Positions 34,469 to 43,523 of a stretch of DNA of 64,000 nucleotides are shown here, in pieces. A model generated the notes under the pieces. It saw nothing but the letters and a program-made list of their open reading frames with translations. It was not told where the DNA came from and did not search any database. A program made the translations under genes and the position numbers. Within the stretch, counting starts at the first letter, position 1, and each line of letters begins with the position of its first letter. Source of the stretch: Candidatus Micrarchaeota archaeon (GTDB lineage: Archaea > Micrarchaeota > Micrarchaeia > Micrarchaeales > Micrarchaeaceae); assembly GCA_964433165.1 (NCBI GenBank), contig CAYSQH010000001.1, forward strand, positions 5,823 to 69,822. The letters are read 5' to 3'.

Positions 34469-35452
34469 TCATAAATGCACAAGGTAGATGATCCCGTAAT
34501 ATGAGGCGAGCGCAACCAATATGCCGAACAGCAGGGGAGGTATCGCAGGGAGGGCTCGGCGATATTTCCTCAATATCAGCAGTGTGAGTATCAATCCGAA
34601 TATCGCGCCTATTATGACCACGAAGCTCAGCACGAAGCTGAACTGGACCTTGAATGCCGCTATGGCCAGCATCAATGGCATGGCAAGATCCCCTGTGCCA
34701 AGCGCGGTCCTTGCGGACATCGGGACCATGTCCTTGCCCAGACCCTTGGGGAGGTGCTGCGGAGCCTTCCGCTTCGCTATCCTGTACTCCTTCAGCTGGC
34801 TGCTGCTGAGCGATGATGAGGGAAAGGCCTCAACCTCGTTGACCATTACCAGGAACGAGAGGTTCTTCGCTATAGCCATGTCCCCGAGCGCTATCATGTG
34901 CTTGGTCACGAACACCGCAATGTAATCGTAGACAGCGAGCAGCACCATGAATATCATCGCTGCGAGGAAGCTGAAGCTTATCCCTAGTACTAGACCCACG
35001 CCTATGCTCGCTATTATCGCCGTGAGGTTCCTCAGGGAAGGCCTCTTGTACTTCGCTATTATTAGGCCAAGGGCGCAAGCTATCGCAAGTATGTTCGCCA
35101 ACATGTTGCCACTGCCGAACAGGGCTGCGAATGCGGATCCCGTCAGGGAGGCTATCGCGACGAGGAAGAATATGAAGGATGCTATGACAACGACAGCGCC
35201 CTCAAGCAACAGGAACAGCTTGTCGCCCTTGTACAGCTTGAATATGAGTAGGAGCACCACGGACAGCACGATTATGTACCCTATGTAGAACAGGGCATTG
35301 AATGACGACGACACTGTCTGAGCCGCTGTCGCCTGCTGCCCGGACACCCCTGTGAACACCTGCGTTGCAAGAAGCAGGCCGGTGAACTGCACTATCATGA
35401 AAATGACAAGAATGTGGAGGAGCTGCCTGTACTCTATTACCCTCAGCGCCAA
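34469..35452 (-). CDS. presenilin/signal-peptide-peptidase homolog (A22 intramembrane aspartyl protease)
   Basis: Polytopic protein with LLAVYDYIAVF (YD), LGTGDLAMP (GxGD) and ALPAIPPLL (PAL-like). Confidence 0.8.
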   Translation of the reverse strand: MALRVIEYRQLLHILVIFMIVQFTGLLLATQVFTGVSGQQATAAQTVSSSFNALFYIGYIIVLSVVLLLIFKLYKGDKLFLLLEGAVVVIASFIFFLVAIASLTGSAFAALFGSGNMLANILAIACALGLIIAKYKRPSLRNLTAIIASIGVGLVLGISFSFLAAMIFMVLLAVYDYIAVFVTKHMIALGDMAIAKNLSFLVMVNEVEAFPSSSLSSSQLKEYRIAKRKAPQHLPKGLGKDMVPMSARTALGTGDLAMPLMLAIAAFKVQFSFVLSFVVIIGAIFGLILTLLILRKYRRALPAIPPLLFGILVALASYYGIIYLVHL

Positions 35453-35559
35453 GAAATCACCTTACTATTCCCCAATTAAGGATTTTATAGCCATACCATG
35501 CGTTCGCACATCGCTGCAAAAAAGGCAAAAAACGAAGAAATAGAATAAAAGCAGGGCAA

Positions 35560-35715
35560 TCAGTTGTTCTTCTCCAGTTCCTTTATCCGCTCAGCGACCC
35601 CCTTTGCCTCCTGCTCCAGGGACTCCTTGTACTGCTTCAGTATTTCCAGCCTTTCCTCTTTCGTGAGGAAGTTCCTTATCTCGTGCCCGTACCCGCAACC
35701 ACATCTTCCATTCAT
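35560..35715 (-). CDS. small coiled-coil protein, DUF5320-like (not in ORF track)
   Basis: Manual translation gives MNGRCGCGYGHEIRNFLTKEERLEILKQYKESLEQEAKGVAERIKELEKNN (51 aa). AGGTG lies 6 nt before the ATG, and TTATATA lies upstream. Confidence 0.5.
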   Translation of the reverse strand: MNGRCGCGYGHEIRNFLTKEERLEILKQYKESLEQEAKGVAERIKELEKNN

Positions 35716-35759
35716 TTATACACCTAATATCGTATGTCCTATATAATTAGGCATGCATA

Positions 35760-35767
35760 TTTAAATA
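35760..35767 (+). promoter_or_regulatory. TATA box (TTTAAATA) for the PadR-like gene, in a divergent promoter region
   Basis: TTTAAATA ends 33 nt upstream of the ATG at 35800. The minus-strand gene has its own TTATATA element in the same 85-bp spacer. Confidence 0.5.
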
Positions 35768-35799
35768 TATATGATGTCCTATATTTAGTCAGTGGGACA

Positions 35800-36099
35800 A
35801 TGCGCAACAAGTACGGATGCGACATGCGTGGGCTTCTCTCATTTCAGATACTGTTCCTGCTTTCCAAAAGGCACATGAGCGGAGAGGAGCTTGCGCAGGA
35901 GATAAAGGCCCGAAGGGGCGAAAAGCCGAAGGCTGGGACCATCTACCCGGCGCTCAAGGAACTAAGCGCAATGGGCCTCATAAGGGGGAGCAGGAGCGGC
36001 AAGACGATAACGTACGAGCTAACCCCTTCGGGAAGGAAATCGCTGGTATCCGCTACACGCTACTTCGTAAGGTGCTTCGGGGACATAATGTCCGGCTGA
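35800..36099 (+). CDS. PadR-family winged-helix transcriptional regulator
   Basis: LLSFQILFLLSKRHMSGEELAQEI...GTIYPALKELSAMGLI....YELTPSGR matches the PadR pattern. Confidence 0.8.
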   Translation: MRNKYGCDMRGLLSFQILFLLSKRHMSGEELAQEIKARRGEKPKAGTIYPALKELSAMGLIRGSRSGKTITYELTPSGRKSLVSATRYFVRCFGDIMSG

Positions 36100-36103
36100 C
36101 CGG

Positions 36104-37156
36104 TCAGACGTTGTTCGGTACGTACACCGTGCCGTTCCCGTTGACGAATATCGTATAGGAGGAGCCGATGAACCCCTGGCTCTGACCGGTCTGGTTCAGC
36201 CAGGCAGATACAGTGTATTCGCCTGCACCGTTGCCTTCGATCAACTTCGACATGTTGAATGCCACGAAGAAGTCGCTGCCCTTCGTGTAGTAGCTGTCCG
36301 CCACTATCGTCTGCACGGACTGATAATGATAAAGGGGGCTTCTTGCAATTCCCGCTATCGCCGGTCCGTAACTGTAGTCCGAAGTTCCGTCAAGCTGGGA
36401 TACCGTCATGTTCTGCACAGGGGCATCGTAGTTTATCTCTATTGTTGATAGATTGTACCCGCTTGCTATCCTGCCCTCCAGGTACACCTCATCAGACTTT
36501 GTAATGCCTGGAGTGTCGTTGAGCCACGTTATGTAGTTGTTGACGAAATCCTCAACCAGGTATACCGTGGTGCTATTGTATGCTATCCCTACGGATACCT
36601 GATTGTGGTTCGAGTCTAGTATGTTGTCCCTGTGGCCGTTGTTGCAGCATATGGAGTCGTTGTACATCATGCTGTACTCCATGCTGGCTATCGCATTCGA
36701 CACGTTGACGTTGCCATAGGTCTTGCACAGGGACCCAAGACATGCGCTGACGCCCGATTGGGTATACGCAATGTTCTCCTGCATTGCGCCGAGGCCGCCG
36801 ACCAGGGTGTACCTCATGTATGGCTTCATCCCGTAGATGTCCCAGTGGCTGAAGTAGCCGTTCTGCAGCATGCTATCAGCGTGCTGCTGCGCCGATTCCG
36901 TTGGCGACAGCGTGACGTTCCCAAGACCGTAAGCGTTCCTGTCCTTGTTTATCAGGGATAGGGTATAGTTGACCAGCGGACCAGCCTTCGGCCGCGGATG
37001 CGCGGGAGTCGAATTCGGGAAGTTGAAGTTGCCACCTATGTTGTAGTTGGACAGCATATCCCTTGCTAATTGGAGGAGTGATATTATCTTTGGATAGAAA
37101 ACAATAACCACGATTACCAGCAGCGCCAGCAACAGCAAATCCGAGACTACGCCCAT
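36104..37156 (-). CDS. secreted CAP/SCP/PR1-like (YkwD-type) domain protein with a C-terminal extension
   Basis: Signal anchor LLLLALLVIVVIVF, then AQQHADSMLQNGYFSHWD and GHRDNILDSNHNQVSVGIAY. Confidence 0.7.
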   Translation of the reverse strand: MGVVSDLLLLALLVIVVIVFYPKIISLLQLARDMLSNYNIGGNFNFPNSTPAHPRPKAGPLVNYTLSLINKDRNAYGLGNVTLSPTESAQQHADSMLQNGYFSHWDIYGMKPYMRYTLVGGLGAMQENIAYTQSGVSACLGSLCKTYGNVNVSNAIASMEYSMMYNDSICCNNGHRDNILDSNHNQVSVGIAYNSTTVYLVEDFVNNYITWLNDTPGITKSDEVYLEGRIASGYNLSTIEINYDAPVQNMTVSQLDGTSDYSYGPAIAGIARSPLYHYQSVQTIVADSYYTKGSDFFVAFNMSKLIEGNGAGEYTVSAWLNQTGQSQGFIGSSYTIFVNGNGTVYVPNNV

Positions 37157-37226
37157 GAGAACACACGATACAATCTCTCAGCAAAGGTATTTTATGTTTC
37201 CATATGTTTAGGTTTCGGAATGGAGG

Positions 37227-37309
37227 CGCCGAAGGGGGGATTTGAACCCCCAAGTCCTTTCGGACACGGATTAGCAATCCGTTGCCCTGCCGGGTTAGGC
37301 GACTTCGGC
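37227..37309 (-). tRNA. tRNA-Ser (anticodon GCU) with a long variable arm
   Basis: Minus strand reads GCCGAAG TC GCC..GGC A ACGGA TTGCTAA TCCGT GTCCGAAAGGACTTG GGGGG TTCAAAT CCCCC CTTCGGC G. CCA is not encoded. Confidence 0.9.
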
Positions 37310-37350
37310 ATGTTTTGCATTTAGCATTTCATTCCAACATATATAAAAGT

Positions 37351-37611
37351 GGCAGAAAGCCGGAATTGCATCATGCGCCTCCGTGCGGGTTTGCTGTGCC
37401 TTGTCTCAGCCCTGTATCTTGAGAGCGCAGCCAAAATATGTTTAAGGTTGCTCCTTCCGGCCTGGCCTGGTTCACATATCAGGCTACCACCCAAGGCAAG
37501 ACCTCACTGCCTAAGCGCAGGCCCGTACGGCGCCCACAATACTCAACCGGCATTGGCCCGCCGAAAAGGGATTTGCGGATGGGAAACCCTTAGCTTCCCG
37601 CCTATTCTGCC
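37351..37611 (-). ncRNA. SRP RNA (7S RNA)
   Basis: The minus strand contains CCAGGCCAGGCCGGAAGGAGCAACC, close to the universally conserved helix-8 sequence CCAGGUCAGGUCCGGAAGGAAGCAGCC. The 5' GGCAGAA pairs with the 3' UUUCUGCC. An AT-rich TATA-like element lies upstream and a TTTT run downstream. Confidence 0.88.
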
Positions 37612-37805
37612 GTTATGTTTGCTGTTTTAAACAAATAAAACACTATGCTCGGCATTGTAGGGCATGGCGGCCCGCGCGCCTTGCACTGGAAGGAGCCCGT
37701 TCAGGAACAGGCGATAAAACCTGGGTTTTAGTTTCCTGGCGTGGCGCTAACTTAGATAGGCTTAAAAGGGTTTGCAGAGATTAAGTAGCAGTATAGGGGT
37801 ATTTT

Positions 37806-38195
37806 ATGCCGAGAAAAAGGACTGTAAAAGACCTTCATGACTCCAAATCAGCGAAGGACTGCTCGTGCGGATGCTGCAAGTGGCACAGCTCGAAGGCGGT
37901 AAGCATAGTTCTCAGCGTGATGTTCATACTGATAGTCGTGGCGTTTGCCGCCTCGCTGGTGTTCACGCCGGGAACCTACTACAGCAACAGCATACTAGCC
38001 TTCATGGGAGTGGTATTCCTGATAGTATTCATAGGCTGGGGCTTCGGGTTCTTCTGCTCATGCAGGGGGCTGCACTGGCACAGGCACGGATTCGGGATAG
38101 CCGAATCCACAGACGCGGTGCTGAAGAGAAGATACACAAAAGGCGAGATAACCAAGAAGGAATATGACAGGATGAGAAAGGACGTTTCATCATAA
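37806..38195 (+). CDS. membrane protein with a C-terminal SHOCT domain and an N-terminal Cys cluster
   Basis: CSCGCCKWH, two TM helices, and a C-terminus AVLKRRYTKGEITKKEYDRMRKDV that matches SHOCT. Confidence 0.65.
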   Translation: MPRKRTVKDLHDSKSAKDCSCGCCKWHSSKAVSIVLSVMFILIVVAFAASLVFTPGTYYSNSILAFMGVVFLIVFIGWGFGFFCSCRGLHWHRHGFGIAESTDAVLKRRYTKGEITKKEYDRMRKDVSS

Positions 38196-38252
38196 GGAGC
38201 GGAATTTTTGTTCCAGGCGCGCCTGCGGTTTTGTTTGACTAGACGGCGGATT

Positions 38253-38570
38253 CTACAGATGCTCCAGCAGGCCGCGGTCCCTGAGTTTCGATATGTCAAG
38301 CATGCTGTACCTCCACCTTATGTCGCCGCGCTCGTCGGACTGCACGACCCAGGGCCTGACGATTACCACATCGCCAGTCTTTATCCAGAATGCCCTCCTC
38401 AGCCTTCCCGGTATGGTGCAGAGCCTTTCCTTGCCGTCGGCGCACTTAACAAGGAACTTCGTGGCCCCCGCTATGCGCGCGACCTTGCCAAGCTGCTCCC
38501 CGTTCTTGGGCAGCGCGAGGACGCTTTCCGTGGGGGTGCCCCTTCTCCTGTCATAGCTAGGTTTCCTCAT
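38253..38570 (-). CDS. eif1a: translation initiation factor aIF1A
   Basis: LGKVARIAGATKFLVKCADGKERLCTIPGRLRRAFWIKTGDVVIV is the S1-like OB fold. Confidence 0.92.
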   Translation of the reverse strand: MRKPSYDRRRGTPTESVLALPKNGEQLGKVARIAGATKFLVKCADGKERLCTIPGRLRRAFWIKTGDVVIVRPWVVQSDERGDIRWRYSMLDISKLRDRGLLEHL

Positions 38571-38577
38571 CGCATCA

Positions 38578-38997
38578 TCAGTAGTTCTTTACCCAGTACC
38601 TGGCTCCGCATGCCTCGCAGACAAGGTACATCCCCTTCTCCGCGTTCTCCAGATGCGTGTCTGGCTTCTTGCATTCCCTGCATATGACATACATCTCGAA
38701 GTACTTGTTTATGCGCTTCGCTATCTCTTCCGGCAGGAACCTACCGCTTATTATCAGGCGCTGCTCCTCCATAGAGACGGGAACGGAGAACTCCTTGCTC
38801 AGGTACCGCGCTATATCGCCTGTGCCCCTTCTCGCCATGTCCGCTATCGCGGATATGTTCCTTATTATCGTCTTGCTTCCCTCCACCAGCACATCGGCCA
38901 CAGGGACAACGAAGTCGGACTTGTTGGCTGACAGCGTCGGCAGTTTGGAGAATGCCCTGTCAAGTAATTTTTCGTATTCGTTTTCGCTCAATATCAC
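38578..38997 (-). CDS. eif2b: translation initiation factor aIF2 beta subunit
   Basis: IIRNISAIADMARR, YVICRECKKPDTHL and VCEACGA (C4 zinc ribbon). Confidence 0.92.
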   Translation of the reverse strand: MILSENEYEKLLDRAFSKLPTLSANKSDFVVPVADVLVEGSKTIIRNISAIADMARRGTGDIARYLSKEFSVPVSMEEQRLIISGRFLPEEIAKRINKYFEMYVICRECKKPDTHLENAEKGMYLVCEACGARYWVKNY

Positions 38998-39068
38998 ACC
39001 TTAACATCCAGGGCGGCGCGGGAACCACTAGGTTTAGTGCCAGCAAAAGTATAATAGCATTGCCAAGG

Positions 39069-39215
39069 TTACTGCTTCCCGCGCAGAAGACCCTTCATCT
39101 CGGATGCTGCGATGTATGCTGAGGTGCCTGCCACGGCTGTGGCTGCCGCCGCGGTTTCCGCCTTCCTTAGGAAATACTTCAGGGCTGCCCCCTTCGCGAT
39201 TCCGAGAATCAACAT
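39069..39215 (-). CDS. possible 48-aa Ala-rich small protein (not in ORF track)
   Basis: Manual translation gives MLILGIAKGAALKYFLRKAETAAAATAVAGTSAYIAASEMKGLLRGKQ. There is no homology cue, and the ORF could be spurious. Confidence 0.25.
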   Translation of the reverse strand: MLILGIAKGAALKYFLRKAETAAAATAVAGTSAYIAASEMKGLLRGKQ

Positions 39216-39356
39216 CGTACCACTAATATTATGAGTTTCCCAGTATAAATATCTTTCTTACGACGCTGCATGACATGCTTGTGAGCGTGCGAAAAGACGA
39301 AGAAAGAGCTTTTAAACTAACATACCGAATATAATTGGCCATTCAAGGGGGGTTTC

Positions 39357-40562
39357 TTGCGGTCTCTAAATGAAATGCTTTCTGAGTCAAAGATATTCTC
39401 GAACAGGGAGGTCCTGTCGCCGCACTACGTCCCGAAGAAGCTGATTTCCAGGACAAAGGAGATAAACGGGATAGAAAAGGCGATAGCCCCGGCCCTAAAG
39501 GGGGAACGGGGCAGAAACCTGTTCATATACGGAAAGACTGGTACGGGAAAGACATCGTGCACCAAGTACGTCCTCGAGGAGATAAGGAGCATACACAACT
39601 CCAAGGCGGAGATAAGCTACATAAACTGCAAGATATACAATTCGAGATACAGGGTGCTGAACAAGATAGTCAGCGACCATCTCCCGACATATGCGAAGAG
39701 GGGCTACGGCACCGTGGACCTTTACGAGAAGCTCACAAACTGGGTAGAGGAGGACAACAAGATACTCGTGATTATACTGGATGAGATAGACGTAGTTAAG
39801 GACCTCGACGACCTGATATACACCCTTACTAGGATAAACAGCGACATAAAGGCGGGAGGGGTGACGATGTTGGGCATATCCAACAGAGTTTCCTTCAAGG
39901 AGACGCTTGACCCAAGAAGCTTGTCGACCTTGTACGAAACGGAGCTCGTCTTCCCGCCATACTATGCCACGGAGCTGTACGAGATAATAAGGGACAGGGC
40001 ATCTGCAGGCTTCAAGAACAACGCGATAAACGACGACGTGCTCCATTTCATAGCCGCGGCGGCGGCAAGAGACGGCGGGGACGCAAGACTGTCGCTGAAG
40101 ATACTCTCGAAGGCTGGGGAGCTTGCCGAAGACAAGAGCTCAGACAGGATACTCATGAAGGACGCGGAGGAGGCGTCGAAGCTCTCGGACAACGAGATCG
40201 TCTACGAGCTCATAGGCACGCTGCCGGAGCACCACAAGCTTGTGCTTTATTCAATAGCGATACTTACGCAGAGCGGCGGCTCCTACAAGAAGCTGACCGA
40301 CGGGATCGACACGTACCTCTTCAGCGGGGAGGTGTACAGCAGGTACAAGAGCATAGCGGAAAGCATGCACAAGGAGCCGAAGAGCGAGAGGTGGTACAGG
40401 AAGTACCTCTCGGAGCTCGAGATGCAGGGGCTCATCATGTCATTCGAGTCCGGAAAAGGGATCCGCGGCCACACCAAGCTTATAAAGCTCATGTACCCTC
40501 CGCAGAAAACCAAGGACGTCATAGAGGCAGAGCTATTCAGCGCCGCCGCGGCAGAGGCATGA
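39357..40562 (+). CDS. cdc6: Orc1/Cdc6 replication initiator
   Basis: Walker A GKTGTGKTS, Walker B LVIILDEID and a C-terminal winged helix. The listed start is TTG at 39357; an ATG at 39372 is an alternative. Confidence 0.93.
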   Translation: MRSLNEMLSESKIFSNREVLSPHYVPKKLISRTKEINGIEKAIAPALKGERGRNLFIYGKTGTGKTSCTKYVLEEIRSIHNSKAEISYINCKIYNSRYRVLNKIVSDHLPTYAKRGYGTVDLYEKLTNWVEEDNKILVIILDEIDVVKDLDDLIYTLTRINSDIKAGGVTMLGISNRVSFKETLDPRSLSTLYETELVFPPYYATELYEIIRDRASAGFKNNAINDDVLHFIAAAAARDGGDARLSLKILSKAGELAEDKSSDRILMKDAEEASKLSDNEIVYELIGTLPEHHKLVLYSIAILTQSGGSYKKLTDGIDTYLFSGEVYSRYKSIAESMHKEPKSERWYRKYLSELEMQGLIMSFESGKGIRGHTKLIKLMYPPQKTKDVIEAELFSAAAAEA

Positions 40563-40575
40563 TGGGGTTTTAGCA

Positions 40576-41085
40576 TTGGACTTCTACGACATCGTATACG
40601 CTTTCAGTATGCCGGACGGATCGCCGGGGTCCCTCGGGTACAGGATGATATTCACCATAGGCAAGGACCTGAAGGCGTCGGAGAGCCTGAAGGGCCTGGA
40701 GAACGGGATATTCATGGCGAAGGAGAACTCGAACGTGATAGCTGCGATAGGCCTTAGACCGCGGGCAATCGTCTTCGAGGACATGAGGATAAACAAGAAG
40801 GCGCTGGAGATGATGGAGGACAGGGGCATAGCCCTATGCATCCCCCTATCAGGGATAACCTCCCTGTACGGGCTCAGGAGATCCAGAGCGCTTTACATGA
40901 CAGCAAAGCTATTGAGGCATTCGATGAAGATGGGCGTCGATGTGTCGATCGCATCGCTTGCGAGGTCAAGGGAATACATGTGCTCGCCGATACAGATGGT
41001 GGCAATAGCCAAGGCCCTGGGGGCCGACGAGGAATACGCAAGGCATTGCATAAGCGAAACCAACAGGCATGTGGCGATGAAATGA
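40576..41085 (+). CDS. rnp3: RNase P protein component 3 (Rpp30-like), short form
   Basis: It lies upstream of Pop5 in the conserved superoperon. MDFYDI... and the alternating beta/alpha pattern fit. The start codon is TTG. At 169 aa it is shorter than typical Rpp30. Confidence 0.55.
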   Translation: MDFYDIVYAFSMPDGSPGSLGYRMIFTIGKDLKASESLKGLENGIFMAKENSNVIAAIGLRPRAIVFEDMRINKKALEMMEDRGIALCIPLSGITSLYGLRRSRALYMTAKLLRHSMKMGVDVSIASLARSREYMCSPIQMVAIAKALGADEEYARHCISETNRHVAMK

Positions 41086-41417
41086 TGAGGGAAAAGCACA
41101 GGTACATACTCGTCGAATCCGCCGTTGAGGTGCCCGAGGAGGCAAGGAAGGGGTTCGAGGTCGAGCTTTCCAGGGAGCTGATGCACAACATAGGGGAGGT
41201 GCACTACTTCAGAGCCAACATGCGCATAGTGAAGCATTTAGGGCGGCGCAGGTTTGTCATAAGGTGCAGCCTGGAGAGGCACGACGACGTCATAGTCGCG
41301 CTGTCATTCATCAAGAGAATAGGGGGAACGGACACCGGATTCTACACGCTCAAGAGCTCCGGGACAATAAGGGCACTGCTCAAGGATGACGCCGCAGAGG
41401 AGCCGGGAAAAGGTTAA
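41082..41417 (+). CDS. rnp2: RNase P protein component 2 (Pop5-like)
   Basis: MMREKHRYILVES...FVIRCSLE...TLKSSGTIRAL. There is an ATGA overlap with the preceding gene. Confidence 0.75.
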   Translation: MMREKHRYILVESAVEVPEEARKGFEVELSRELMHNIGEVHYFRANMRIVKHLGRRRFVIRCSLERHDDVIVALSFIKRIGGTDTGFYTLKSSGTIRALLKDDAAEEPGKG

Positions 41418-41498
41418 TAAGCTTATATTCCAATTAATATGTTCCTATTTTGTAGCCCGTAAAGAGGTAGGGCTATGCCTTACGTTTAGAATGGTGAA

Positions 41499-42197
41499 AT
41501 GATGTATCCGAACGTGCAAGCTTACGATAGAGGTGTGATGTTCAGCCCTGACGGCAGGCTGTTCCAGGTAGAATACGCCAAGGAGGCAGTCAGGAGGGGG
41601 GCCACATCCGTAGGGTTGGTCGCGGAGGACAGTGTAGTCCTCATAGCGCACAAAAACGTAATGGAGCCGCTTGCGGTTCCAAGCACCATACAGAAGATAT
41701 TCAGGGTTGACTCTTACATAGGCGCCACTTACAGCGGCCTGGTCTCCGACGGGCTCCACGTGATAAACCTCATGAGGGGCAAGACGCAGACGCACAGAAT
41801 GATATACAGCGAGACGGAATCCGTGGAAACAATTGCAAGGGAGATATCTGAGGAGATGCAAATGGCCACGCAGTACGGAGGCATAAGGCCGTACGCGATA
41901 TCGCTTCTTATAGGCGGGATAGACAAGACGCCCAAGCTGTTCGAGATAGAGCCGGGGGCCTCGTACCTGGGCTACAAGGCCGATGCGATAGGCTCGGGGA
42001 AGAAGGTTGCAGAGGACATGCTCGTGAAGAACTGGAAGGAGGACATGAGCGTAGACGAGTGCATAAACCTTGGGACGAGCATAATAAAGAAGCTGCACGA
42101 GGGTAAGCTCACCGAGAGCAACATGGACATCTCGACAATAAGGAAGGACGTCGGATTTGAGATATTCAATGCCGAGAAGGTAGCCAAGTATCTCTGA
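41499..42197 (+). CDS. psmA: proteasome alpha subunit
   Basis: YDRGVMFSPDGRLFQVEYAKEAVRRGATSVGL is the signature alpha-subunit N-terminus. Confidence 0.95.
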   Translation: MMYPNVQAYDRGVMFSPDGRLFQVEYAKEAVRRGATSVGLVAEDSVVLIAHKNVMEPLAVPSTIQKIFRVDSYIGATYSGLVSDGLHVINLMRGKTQTHRMIYSETESVETIAREISEEMQMATQYGGIRPYAISLLIGGIDKTPKLFEIEPGASYLGYKADAIGSGKKVAEDMLVKNWKEDMSVDECINLGTSIIKKLHEGKLTESNMDISTIRKDVGFEIFNAEKVAKYL

Positions 42198-42220
42198 CGT
42201 GCCTCTCCTTCAGTGATAGC

Positions 42221-42904
42221 ATGTCATCGAAGACAATAATAGTGAAGTTCAAGAAAGAAGGAAGCGAGTTCGAGATATTCGCGAATTCCGACCTGGCCTA
42301 CGAATACATAAACGGCAAGAGGAGCGATCCGCTTGCCGTGCTCGAGGCTGAGGAGGTGTTCAAGGATGCAAGGAAAGGGGAGCGCCAAAGCGAGGAGAAG
42401 ATAAGGAAGGCATTCGGAACCACGGACATCGCGAAGGTCGCGGAGATAATGCTGAAGAACGGCGAGGTTCCGCTAACAACGAAGCAGCGCAACAAAATGA
42501 CAGAGGAGAAGAGGAAGCAGGTCGTAGAGATAATAGCGAGGAACTCGATAGACCCGCGCACCAATGCGCCGAACCCACCGCTCAGGATAGAGAACGCGAT
42601 GAAGGAGGCTAAGGTATCGATAGACCCGTTCAAGGGCGCGAATGACCAGCTCGAGGACATAGTCAAGAAGATAAACATGATAATGCCGATAAAGTTCACC
42701 ACTATCAAGATGGATGTGGTGGTGCCGGCCGAGTACGCGAACCGGTCGTACGGCACGCTCAAGAAATATGGCATGAAGTCGGAGCAATGGCTTTCCAACG
42801 GGAGCCTGCAGGTCACGCTTGAGTTCCCTGCCGGCCTACAGAACGAGTTCTTCGACAGGATAAACGGGGCCACGCAGGGAAAGGCGGTGGTCAAGGTACT
42901 GTAA
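42221..42904 (+). CDS. SBDS/Sdo1 ribosome maturation protein
   Basis: Three-domain SBDS layout with FEIFANSDLAYEY and VFKDARKGE. It occupies the conserved superoperon position. Confidence 0.85.
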   Translation: MSSKTIIVKFKKEGSEFEIFANSDLAYEYINGKRSDPLAVLEAEEVFKDARKGERQSEEKIRKAFGTTDIAKVAEIMLKNGEVPLTTKQRNKMTEEKRKQVVEIIARNSIDPRTNAPNPPLRIENAMKEAKVSIDPFKGANDQLEDIVKKINMIMPIKFTTIKMDVVVPAEYANRSYGTLKKYGMKSEQWLSNGSLQVTLEFPAGLQNEFFDRINGATQGKAVVKVL

Positions 42905-42912
42905 TGTGATAT

Positions 42913-43518
42913 TTGATGAGAAGCATAGTTTTGCCAGGGGACCAAATAGGCAGCGGCGCGGGGAGATCAAGGAACACTTACCGCTCAGGGGATGCCAGCT
43001 TCTCGAAGGTCCTCGGGATATACGATGAATTGAGGGGCGACGTGGTCCCGCTGGAAGGCCCCTGGATGCCTACGGCCAATGATTCCGTTGTCGGAACTAT
43101 ATCCGACATCAAGAGCAAGCTGTACATAGTGGACCTACAGTATTTCGGCAGGGCGCTGCTCATACCGGGAAAATACGATACTTACGAGTTCGCAGCAGGG
43201 GATGTGCTCAGCGCAATGGTGAAGGACGTCGAGGGGAGGAGCACCGTGATACTCTCGGATCCGCAGCTGCTCAGCGGCGGCGTCCTTGTGGAGGTAAAGC
43301 CGAAGAAGATACCGCGCATAATAGGGAAGAAGAGCACGATGGTCAGCCAGATAGCCGAGGCCACCGAGACCAGGATAGTAGTGGGCATGAACGGGCTCAT
43401 ATGGGTATCCGGCAGGAATGTGGCGCTGGCGATTGAAGCGATAATGAAGGTGCAGAACGAGGCACACACCTCCGGGCTCACCAACAGCATAAGGGATTTT
43501 CTGATTAGCAGAAAGTGA
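42913..43518 (+). CDS. rrp4: exosome RNA-binding subunit Rrp4 (S1 + KH)
   Basis: IVLPGDQIG, an S1 region (NDSVVGTISDI...YIVDL) and a KH region (IIGKKSTMVSQIAEATETRIVVGMNGLIWV). Confidence 0.85.
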   Translation: MMRSIVLPGDQIGSGAGRSRNTYRSGDASFSKVLGIYDELRGDVVPLEGPWMPTANDSVVGTISDIKSKLYIVDLQYFGRALLIPGKYDTYEFAAGDVLSAMVKDVEGRSTVILSDPQLLSGGVLVEVKPKKIPRIIGKKSTMVSQIAEATETRIVVGMNGLIWVSGRNVALAIEAIMKVQNEAHTSGLTNSIRDFLISRK

Positions 43519-43523
43519 TTTGA

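Noticed and set aside
37349-37630. A 93-aa plus-strand ORF.
   Set aside because: It lies entirely within, and antisense to, the SRP RNA gene.
37640-37800. GC-rich spacer between the SRP RNA and the SHOCT gene considered as a possible additional small RNA.
   Set aside because: I found no recognisable C/D or H/ACA box arrangement or tRNA-like structure by eye, so the evidence is insufficient.
38998-39356. Replication origin expected next to orc1/cdc6.
   Set aside because: I could not find repeated ORB or mini-ORB-like elements or a pronounced AT-rich unwinding stretch in the upstream spacer. Part of the spacer may encode a 48-aa ORF. An origin cannot be supported from the sequence alone.
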